From NCBI GenBank assembly GCA_945865725.1, contig CAMBEO010000006.1, forward strand, positions 1 through 62,175: a stretch of DNA of 62,175 nucleotides, read 5' to 3'. The notes beneath the pieces are model-generated. The model saw nothing but the letters and a program-made list of their open reading frames with translations, was not told where the DNA came from and did no database searches. Below, in pieces: positions 54,936 through 62,175 of this stretch (its first letter is position 1; each line of letters opens with the position of its first letter). Source of the DNA: Thermoflexus hugenholtzii JAD2 (GTDB lineage: Bacteria; Chloroflexota; UBA11872; UBA12225). The translations under genes and the position numbers were made by a program.

Positions 54936-55023
54936 GGAGGGATCGCATAGCCGGTCTAGTGCGGCGGTTTGCTAAACCGCTATACCCGCAAGGGTATCGA
55001 GGGTTCGAATCCCTCTCCCTCCG
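54936..55023 (+). tRNA. tRNA-Ser (GCT)
   Basis: Acceptor GGAGGGA/TCCCTCC, anticodon arm GCGGT-TTGCTAA-ACCGC, long variable arm ATACCC-GCAA-GGGTAT, GTTCGAATC; CCA not encoded. Confidence 0.97.
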
Positions 55024-55074
55024 CCCCTCTCGCCGCGGGCAAGCCCGCGCTGGGATGCGTGGCGCCCCGGCGCC

Positions 55075-55866
55075 GTGACCGTCCCGAATCGCGGGTGGTC
55101 TGCACGACGCGTCGTGGTTGCGATTCTCGCGACCATCGTCGGCGTGTCCCTCGCGGCGCTTGCAGCCGCCGGTTACGCGGGCGCCGCGCTCCCCGATGCT
55201 GCCGTCGCGCTCCGGTCCGATGCGCAGGTACGTGTCGAGGTAGGCCAGTGGTTGGCCTTCCTCCCCGAACCGAAGTCACCAGGGTCTCCGGTCCTCGGCC
55301 CTCCCGGCAGCCCGACCGGACTTGTGATCTATCCGGGTGGGCTTGTCGACCCGACGGCCTACGCGCCGGTCGCACGTGCGATCGCCGTGGCGGGTCACCC
55401 GGTCGTGATCGTCCCGATGCCCTTTCGCCTCGCAATCCTCGGCGCCGGTGCCGCCGACGCGGTCCCAGGGGCCTTCCCGGACGTCCAGCGCTGGGCCATC
55501 GGGGGCCACTCCCTCGGCGGCGTCGCCGCCGTGCGCCATGTGTGGGGTCATGGAGGGCGAATCGCTGGCCTCGTCCTCTGGGCAACGATCACCGACCAGG
55601 CCCACTCGCTTGCCCTGACATCGCTACCGGTGCTCTCGGTCTCCGCGACCCGCGACGGGAACGTCCGACCCGCGCACCTCGCGGCGGGCCGATTGAGCTT
55701 GCCGACGACGACCCGCCATGTCGTGATCGAGGGCGGCAATCACCGGCAGTTCGGGTCGTATCGGTTCCAGTTCGGGGACGAGGCGGCGACCATCTCCGCG
55801 GATGACCAGCGAGCGCGGGTGGCGGCGGCAACCGTCGCCTTCCTCGACGCGCTCGGCTCCCCGTAG
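55075..55866 (+). CDS. Alpha/beta hydrolase (exported or membrane-anchored)
   Basis: N-terminal hydrophobic helix, 'IYPGG.V...AY', nucleophile 'GHSLGG', 'DG', 'IEGGNH.QFGSY..Q.GD'. Confidence 0.9.
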   Translation: MTVPNRGWSARRVVVAILATIVGVSLAALAAAGYAGAALPDAAVALRSDAQVRVEVGQWLAFLPEPKSPGSPVLGPPGSPTGLVIYPGGLVDPTAYAPVARAIAVAGHPVVIVPMPFRLAILGAGAADAVPGAFPDVQRWAIGGHSLGGVAAVRHVWGHGGRIAGLVLWATITDQAHSLALTSLPVLSVSATRDGNVRPAHLAAGRLSLPTTTRHVVIEGGNHRQFGSYRFQFGDEAATISADDQRARVAAATVAFLDALGSP

Positions 55867-55868
55867 GC

Positions 55869-56786
55869 CTATCCCAAGGCGTCGGCAAGTGCTTCCGGGA
55901 GCGACGGGTATCGCCACGCGTAGCCATGGGCGGCTGCGATGCGCGCATCCACCCGCTGCCCGTACAGGATGAGCGACGAGAACTCGCCGAGGGCGAGGCG
56001 CAAGGCACTGGCCGGGGTCGGGAACCACGATGGGCGCCCGAGGGCGTGGCCCATCTCGAGCGCGAAGTCACGTTGCCGGCGCACGTCGGGCGCCGCCGCG
56101 TTCACTGGCCCACGCACGTCGCGGTTCTCGATCGCCCACTTGTAGAGGCCCGCGATGTCGTCGCGATGCACCCATGGGAACCAGAACTGGCCGTCACCCA
56201 AGGGGCCGCCGGCGAACAGGCGGAATGGCAGGGCGATTAGGAACACCTGCAGGGCACCCTTGCCGAGGACGACTGCCGTCCGCATGAGGACCGTCCGCAC
56301 GCCGAGGGCCTCGGCCTCGAGCGCGGTGGCCTCCCAGGCGACGCACGTCTCGGCGAGGAACCCCGTGCCCGGATGCGCGTCCTCGCCCAGGACGTCATCC
56401 CCGCGGTCACCGTAGAACCCGACCCCGGAGGCGCTGACCAGCGATTCGGGGCGACTGCCTGCAGGCAATGCGGCCATCGCGCGGACAAGTGCGCCGGTCG
56501 ACCGGACGCGGCTGTTGCGAATGGCCTCGCGGCGCGCCCGCGTCCACGGGGCGCTCCCGATGTTTACCCCCGCGAGGTTGACGATGGAACCGGCGCCAGC
56601 GATCTCGGCGGACCAGTGGGGGGAGACGGTCTCGCCGTCCCACGCGACCTCGCGGGCGCCGCACGCGGCGATGCCGGACACGCCGGGCCGGCGGGAGAGG
56701 ACGACCACCTCGTGGCCGGCACGCACGAGCTCCGGAACGAGTGCCCGACCGACGAACCCGGTGGCCCCAGCGGCGACGACCTTCAT
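55869..56786 (-). CDS. TIGR01777/YfcH-family NAD-dependent epimerase-like protein
   Basis: 'GATGFVG', 'VNLAG', 'SRV.ST', 'SASGVGFYG', 'FLAETC..WE', 'GGPLGDG', 'PWVH'. Confidence 0.92.
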   Translation of the reverse strand: MKVVAAGATGFVGRALVPELVRAGHEVVVLSRRPGVSGIAACGAREVAWDGETVSPHWSAEIAGAGSIVNLAGVNIGSAPWTRARREAIRNSRVRSTGALVRAMAALPAGSRPESLVSASGVGFYGDRGDDVLGEDAHPGTGFLAETCVAWEATALEAEALGVRTVLMRTAVVLGKGALQVFLIALPFRLFAGGPLGDGQFWFPWVHRDDIAGLYKWAIENRDVRGPVNAAAPDVRRQRDFALEMGHALGRPSWFPTPASALRLALGEFSSLILYGQRVDARIAAAHGYAWRYPSLPEALADALG

Positions 56787-56899
56787 CGTTCCCTCCACGG
56801 CGCCGCGCCAACGCGTCGGCACGTCTAATCCTAGCAGCCGGTGGAATCACTCAGATCGCGGTAGCAGTGGCGGGGCGAGTGGTCGTCGAGTGGAGCGCG

Positions 56900-57199
56900 T
56901 CAGCGCCCCTCGTGGGCGTGCGCCTCTTGCCACCGGGCGAGGAGGTCGGCGGCGAAGGCCGGGGAGAGGCCCCCGCGATCATGCACCTCGTTGTGGCCCG
57001 CAACCCGGCGCAGGATTGACGGGAACTCGTCGTGCGGGATGTCGCGGCCGTCACCCAACCAGTCGAGGAACTCGCCCCGGCAGGCGAAGGGCCACCCTGC
57101 GACCATCGCGCCGTACGCGTCCGGCGCCCCGGCCCGTGCAACCTCAACCTCGGTCCCGAGGCGCTGACGTTCCTCGGACAGGAACTCCGTGACCTTCAT
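56900..57199 (-). CDS. Hypothetical protein (99 aa)
   Basis: AGGAGA SD, ATG, downstream of ggt on the same strand. Confidence 0.65.
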   Translation of the reverse strand: MKVTEFLSEERQRLGTEVEVARAGAPDAYGAMVAGWPFACRGEFLDWLGDGRDIPHDEFPSILRRVAGHNEVHDRGGLSPAFAADLLARWQEAHAHEGR

Positions 57200-57239
57200 T
57201 GCGCTCTCCTAGTCCGGGCGTCACTCGCAGGAGACCCGT

Positions 57240-58862
57240 TCACCAGCCGACCGCGCACCCGTCGCAACGAGGCTCGGATCCAGCGACGTACGCGCCGTTT
57301 GGCAGGCGCCGGATCACTTGCCCCTTGCCGAACTGGCCGGCTTCGGGAACGATCTGCACGTCGTGGCCGCGCCGGCGCAGGCCGTTGACGATGAACTCCG
57401 GCACGCCCTGTTCCACGGCGAGCGTCCGACCGCGCAGCCACTGCCAGCGGGGCGCGTCCAAGGCAGCCTGCGGGTTCAGGCCGTAGTCGACCTGGTTGAC
57501 GACAACCTGCGCGTGACCCTGTGGCTGCATGTGCCCGCCCATGACGCCGAACGGCCCGATCGCCACGTCCCGTCCCTCGGTCAAAAAGGCCGGGATGATC
57601 GTGTGGAACGGGCGCTTGCCCGGTGCGACTCGGTTCGGATGACCTTCCTCAAGCGTGAACCCGTTGCCCCGGTTCTGGAGGGCGATCCCGGTCCCCGGCA
57701 CGACGACGCCGCTGCCGAAGCCGGCGTAATTCGACTGGATCAAGCTCACCATCATCCCGTCGCTGTCCGCCGTGGCGAGGTAGACGGTCCCTCCGCGCAC
57801 CGGGTCCCCATGCGGGTAGTTCCCGCTCGCGTCGTCGATGAGGTCACGCCGACGCGCGGCGTAACCCTTGTCAAGGAGGCCCGCGACCGGCACGTCCGCG
57901 CGCGTGGGGTCGGCGACGAATTGGTGGACGTCGGCGAACGCCAACTTCATCGCCTCCACCTGAAGGTGAACGGACTCGACGGAATCACGCGGATGTTGCG
58001 CCAGGTCAAGGCCTTCGAGGATGTTCAGCGCGATGAGGCACGCGATGCCCTGACCGTTCGGTGGGATCTCCCAGACGCCGTAGCCGCGATAGTCGGTCAT
58101 GATCGGGTCGACCCACGTGCTCTCGTGGGCGGCGAGGTCCGCCTCGATGATCGTCCCACCGGTGACCGAGGCGAAGCCGGCGATCTCCCGTGCGAGGCGT
58201 CCGCGGTAGAACGACTCGGCGCCAGTCGACGCGATCTCGCGCAGGGTCGCCGCGTGATCCGGCAGGGTCCACATGTCGCCGGCCCGCGCCATGCGCCCAC
58301 CCGGAGCGAAGGTGGCATGCCAGCCGCGAAACGCCTGCCCGGTCCACGCGCTCGTGGCGCGCAACTGTGCGCGATGCCACGCGCCTGCCGTGACCGGTGC
58401 GAGCGGGAACCCGTCCGTGGCGTACGCGATCGCCGGTGCGAACAATGCCTCGAACGGCAGGCGACCGAAGCGTGCGTGGAGGTCCCGCCACGCGGCGGGC
58501 GCCCCTGGCACCGTGACTGGCAGCCACCCGTGGGCCGGCACCTCGTCGAGGCCGCGTGAGGTGAACAGCGATGGGTCATGCGACGCGGGCGCGCGACCCG
58601 AGGCGTTCAGGCCGTGCAAGCGGGACCCGTCCCAGACGAGGGCGAAGGCATCGCCGCCGATCCCGTTCGACACTGGCTCGAGGACGGTCAGCGCGATCGC
58701 GGTCGCGACCGCCGCATCGACGGCGTTTCCGCCCTGCTGCAGCATTCGCAACCCGGCTTGGGCGGCAAGCGGCTCGCTCGTCGCAACGACACCGTTGCGC
58801 GCGACGACTGGTTGCCTCCGGGACGGGTACGGGAACGAGTCGAGGTCTAGTTGAAGTGACAT
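57240..58862 (-). CDS. ggt: Gamma-glutamyltransferase family protein
   Basis: 'GGNAVDAAVA', 'GIGGD.F', 'PPNGQG', nucleophile 'GGTVYL', 'QNRG', 'PGKRPFHTIIP', 'GVMGG.MQPQG'. Confidence 0.94.
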   Translation of the reverse strand: MSLQLDLDSFPYPSRRQPVVARNGVVATSEPLAAQAGLRMLQQGGNAVDAAVATAIALTVLEPVSNGIGGDAFALVWDGSRLHGLNASGRAPASHDPSLFTSRGLDEVPAHGWLPVTVPGAPAAWRDLHARFGRLPFEALFAPAIAYATDGFPLAPVTAGAWHRAQLRATSAWTGQAFRGWHATFAPGGRMARAGDMWTLPDHAATLREIASTGAESFYRGRLAREIAGFASVTGGTIIEADLAAHESTWVDPIMTDYRGYGVWEIPPNGQGIACLIALNILEGLDLAQHPRDSVESVHLQVEAMKLAFADVHQFVADPTRADVPVAGLLDKGYAARRRDLIDDASGNYPHGDPVRGGTVYLATADSDGMMVSLIQSNYAGFGSGVVVPGTGIALQNRGNGFTLEEGHPNRVAPGKRPFHTIIPAFLTEGRDVAIGPFGVMGGHMQPQGHAQVVVNQVDYGLNPQAALDAPRWQWLRGRTLAVEQGVPEFIVNGLRRRGHDVQIVPEAGQFGKGQVIRRLPNGAYVAGSEPRCDGCAVGW

Positions 58863-59244
58863 GGCGGTGCCATTGTAGGCACGCGGACTAGGAGCCGGTC
58901 CGAAAATCGCTGGGACGTGGCAGGACGTCCGTCCGGGTCCCGGGGCGCGTGCGCCTCGGGGTTCCTGGTCCGCGCCGGGAAACGGGTCTGGTCGCGGACC
59001 ATTCCCACCGACCGCCGAGATGTCGGACAGGCTCGTGGATCTCGGTTGCAAGCGGACGAGACAGACCGCCAGCGGTCACGTTAGCTCGAGCCAACGCAGG
59101 CATGCGCTCGGCACCGTTGACGCACACGGCGTGAGCGCCGATCCCGCAGTCGCGGGGAGGGAACCCAACTCGGGCGCCCGGGTGGGAGCCCAGACGTGAT
59201 CGGGTGTGGAGGCGTGACCGCCATCGGTATGCTCCCGCCCTCAA

Positions 59245-60129
59245 ATGCTCCTCCTCGTCGCGCACTTCGTCGGGAACGCCGCCTTCACGCTCCTCGTGCG
59301 CCACGCCCGGAGCTCTCGGTTCGATTACGCGATGGTCGGTACTACGAACTACGTCACTGGCGCGGTGATGGGGATCGCCGTCTTCGCGATGGTCGGTAGC
59401 GGGCTCCCAGGCTGGGTCGCCGTGGTCGCCGGCGCGGTGAACGGTGCGCAGTACCAGCTGACGTTCCTCCTGATGCACGCGCTCATCGGGATCGGCGGCA
59501 TCTCGGTCGCGACAAGCGTCCTTCGCTTGGCGGCCGCCGTCCCGGTCTTTGCATCGATGGTCGTGTGGCACGAACCGGTCTCGCTGACCCAAGGTGTCGG
59601 CCTGGCGCTCGCCGCCATCGCGTTGCCACTCCTTGCGGGGGTCAACCCGGCATTGCGCGCGAGAGAAGATGCTGGCGCGCGTCCCGGGCCAGTGCGAATC
59701 GCGGTGACGGTCGTCACGACGCTCCTGGTCACGGGCGCCGGGTTGCTCGGCGCGAAGGTGTTCGCGGAGGTCGGCGTGCCGGAAGACCGGTCCGCTTACG
59801 TCGCCACGGCGTATCTCACCGCGTCCGCGTTCTCGGTGGTCACGTGGCGCTGGCAACCGAGGGGCGGCGCCGGATCGACCGGTATCCGCGCGCGGTCACT
59901 CGGCCTCGGCATCGTGACCGGTCTGGTCAACTTTGGACAGCTCAGCGCTTTCCTTCCGGCCCTCTCGACGGTACCGGGAGTGATCGCATTCCCGGTCGCC
60001 GCGGCCGGGGGTCTCCTGTGCACGGTGGTCGGCAGCTGGGCGTTCTTCCGGGAACGCCCGACCATCCGGCACGCCTCCGGAATCGCCCTCGCCCTCGCGG
60101 CGGCGGCGCTGATCAACGTGCGCAAGTAG
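59245..60129 (+). CDS. DMT/EamA-family transporter
   Basis: About 10 TMs in two repeats ending 'WHEP' and 'FRERP'. Confidence 0.82.
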   Translation: MLLLVAHFVGNAAFTLLVRHARSSRFDYAMVGTTNYVTGAVMGIAVFAMVGSGLPGWVAVVAGAVNGAQYQLTFLLMHALIGIGGISVATSVLRLAAAVPVFASMVVWHEPVSLTQGVGLALAAIALPLLAGVNPALRAREDAGARPGPVRIAVTVVTTLLVTGAGLLGAKVFAEVGVPEDRSAYVATAYLTASAFSVVTWRWQPRGGAGSTGIRARSLGLGIVTGLVNFGQLSAFLPALSTVPGVIAFPVAAAGGLLCTVVGSWAFFRERPTIRHASGIALALAAAALINVRK

Positions 60130-60142
60130 CCACCGAAGTCAG

Positions 60143-60502
60143 CTAGCGCAAGACCGACCGTCCGGCTGGCTCCTCCCGCCAGAGCGACGCCAGGGCGTCA
60201 CGCGCCTCCGCCCAGTCGCGGGCACCCGCCGCATCGACCGGTCTCGGGTATTCCCACAGGTGGTCAAGCAAGGCGCCAACGACGGTCCGCCGGAGCCAAC
60301 CCGGCACGGGGTGGCCAGCGTTCAGGCAGTCGACGATAGCCGCGCCCAGGGCGTCGACCCGACCCGCGATGAACTGGTCGCGCGCGCGCCACCGCCGCGC
60401 GGTCGCGAGGAGGTCGAGGACGACCCAGGCCGTCAGTCGGTCGGGCGGCGGATCAGGCACGGGGCCAACCCGGTCGAGCGGGCGGTCAGACGGTTCGCTC
60501 AT
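60143..60502 (-). CDS. Hypothetical protein
   Basis: Fills the gap between neighbouring genes; TACCCT 7 nt upstream of ATG. Confidence 0.55.
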   Translation of the reverse strand: MSEPSDRPLDRVGPVPDPPPDRLTAWVVLDLLATARRWRARDQFIAGRVDALGAAIVDCLNAGHPVPGWLRRTVVGALLDHLWEYPRPVDAAGARDWAEARDALASLWREEPAGRSVLR

Positions 60503-60582
60503 CACTGGCAGGGTATCGGGCGATTTCCGGCGGGACGCGCGTACCATCTCGGGTCGGCGCGACGGGCGACTGGGAGTATCGG

Positions 60583-61866
60583 ATGCAGACGGGGACCATC
60601 GAGGCGGAACGGGACCTCCACACGCCTGTGGTTCCCGAGACGCGCCACGCGCCGAAGGCGCACGTCCCCCTCCTCGTCCTCCTCACCGTCGCGCACGCGG
60701 TCGTCGATACGTACGCCACCGCCGTCTATCCGCTCTTGCCGTTCTGGCAGGACAAGTACGCGTTGACGTATGGCCTTGCCGGGTTGATCGCGGCGGTGGC
60801 AAGCCTGACGGGGTCGATCGCGCAACCCATCGTCGGCGTCGTGACCGATCGGGGGCGCGACCCGCGATGGATCGCCCTTTCGGTCGCGGTCGCGTCGATC
60901 GGCATCTCCCTGATCGGGGTGATGCCGCGATACTGGGCATTCCTCGCGCTCGTCGTCGTTGGAGGCATCGGCGTTTCCGGGTTCCACCCTCAGGGCTACA
61001 AGCTCGTGGGTTCCCATTCGGGCGGCAACTCCGCGCTCGCGACCTCCTGGTTCCTCGTCGGTGGGAACGTCGGTGTGGCACTTGGCCCCATCGTCGGTAC
61101 GTCGCTCGTGCTCGCATTCGGCACGGCGGGCACGCTGGCCCTCGCTCCGGTCGGCCTCGCCATCGCCGCGTTCATGTGGTGGGCCGTCCCTCGATGGACG
61201 GAGGCGCTTCCGGGCGATCATCAGCCAAAGGCGACACCAGCGCCGCCCCCAGCCGACATCGCCATGCTCGGGCGTGGGCGGCGCATCGTCGCCCTCGGGG
61301 TCCTCGTCGCGCTCGTCGCGGTGCGGTCGACGATCTCGAGCAGCTTCAACAGCTACCTGCCCCTCTATTTCGTGCGCGAGGCGGGCCAGTCGGAAGCATT
61401 CGCGAGCCAGGTGCTGTCCGTGATGCTCCTGGTAGGTGCGGGAGCGACGTTGGCCGGTGGCCATCTTGCCGACCGCTACGGCCGGTTGCGCGTCCTCGGC
61501 GTGACCCTCGCCGGCGTCCCGCCCATGGTGGCGGCGTTTCTCGCCCTGCCTCCGGCAAGCCCGCTCGCGATCGCAATGCTGTGGGGGGCCGGCGCGCTTG
61601 TCCTCGCCGGCTTCTCGATCACGGTCGTCCTCGCGCAGGACTTGTGGTTCGAGCGGCGTGCCCTAGCCTCCGGCGTGATCGTCGGGTTCGCCTTCGGGGT
61701 CGGGGGACTGCTGGTCCCAGCGGTTGGCTGGGTCGCGGATGGCTGGGGACTGCGCGGTGCCCTCGCCCTCGTCGGCGCCCTTGCGCTGGTGCCGCTGGGC
61801 CTTGTCGCCGTCGTCGGGTGGCTGCTCGCGCCCGGTGCGCGCTCCGTCCAGCCCGCGCTGGCCTGA
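60583..61866 (+). CDS. MFS transporter, Fsr (fosmidomycin resistance) family
   Basis: 'AHAVVD', 'QPIVG..TDR', 'FHPQG', 'GGNVG.ALGP', 'GGHLADRYGR'. Confidence 0.9.
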   Translation: MQTGTIEAERDLHTPVVPETRHAPKAHVPLLVLLTVAHAVVDTYATAVYPLLPFWQDKYALTYGLAGLIAAVASLTGSIAQPIVGVVTDRGRDPRWIALSVAVASIGISLIGVMPRYWAFLALVVVGGIGVSGFHPQGYKLVGSHSGGNSALATSWFLVGGNVGVALGPIVGTSLVLAFGTAGTLALAPVGLAIAAFMWWAVPRWTEALPGDHQPKATPAPPPADIAMLGRGRRIVALGVLVALVAVRSTISSSFNSYLPLYFVREAGQSEAFASQVLSVMLLVGAGATLAGGHLADRYGRLRVLGVTLAGVPPMVAAFLALPPASPLAIAMLWGAGALVLAGFSITVVLAQDLWFERRALASGVIVGFAFGVGGLLVPAVGWVADGWGLRGALALVGALALVPLGLVAVVGWLLAPGARSVQPALA

Positions 61867-61878
61867 CGCGCGCGCCGG

Positions 61879-62157
61879 TCAGGAGGCCTGGGTCCACCAG
61901 GGCGACACGACCGGTCGACGACGATCGCGGATGTGCGGGATCGTCCGGGGTGCGACCCCTGCGAGGCGCACGGCCCACCGGACCGCGGCATCGCGCGTGC
62001 GAAGCCCCCACGCGACCCGACGGCCGCCCGAGACCACATCGAAGACGATCGCTGCCGGCACGTGTCGATCATCGAGGCGTTCCTCGATCACGAACCCGTC
62101 CGGAAGGTCGCCCGTGCCCTGGCTGCCCGTTTCAAGGCCTAGCGACTGCGCTGCCAT
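61879..62157 (-). CDS. Hypothetical protein (92 aa)
   Basis: GGGGAGG SD ahead of ATG 62157. Confidence 0.55.
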   Translation of the reverse strand: MAAQSLGLETGSQGTGDLPDGFVIEERLDDRHVPAAIVFDVVSGGRRVAWGLRTRDAAVRWAVRLAGVAPRTIPHIRDRRRPVVSPWWTQAS

Positions 62158-62175
62158 TGTCGTGCCTCCCCTGCC

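Noticed and set aside
42721-55023. Genomic island between tRNA-Asn and tRNA-Ser
   Set aside because: No integrase, no duplicated tRNA 3' end seen, and composition looks like the rest of the window
58863-59244. Hidden gene or ncRNA in the ggt/DMT divergent gap
   Set aside because: Only -10-like boxes near each start; no convincing ORF, repeat or known RNA motif

Overview
High-GC chromosomal backbone, most likely from a Chloroflexota bacterium (inferred from the alpha2-type GlyRS, glyQS-ppdK-dnaG-sigma synteny, PimA/PgsA-like lipid genes and PG_binding_4 protein). It holds about 56 protein genes and two tRNAs (Asn-GTT, Ser-GCT). I saw no integrase, transposase, prophage or CRISPR array. Core genes: hisB, pncB, mnmA, ftsY, ffh, lgt, glyQS, ppdK, dnaG, an RpoD-family sigma, mmsA, ggt, and a three-subunit molybdenum hydroxylase that is not CO dehydrogenase. 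The best candidate for an undescribed system is a three-gene module of complex I/Mrp-antiporter-like membrane proteins (29426-33706) behind a non-canonical lgt. All three seem to have lost the buried Glu/Lys proton-translocation residues, and no redox partners are nearby. Also notable: a block-copolymer repeat protein (7 Arg/Gly/Pro/Phe 18-mers, then 28 acidic 8-mers), an Ffh with TQID instead of TKxD, a Zn-finger/TM/discoidin protein upstream of ftsY-ffh, a small basic candidate nucleoid protein, a GT-A-like gene coupled to pncB, and many apparently leaderless genes. All family calls come from recognising motifs by eye; no searches were run.
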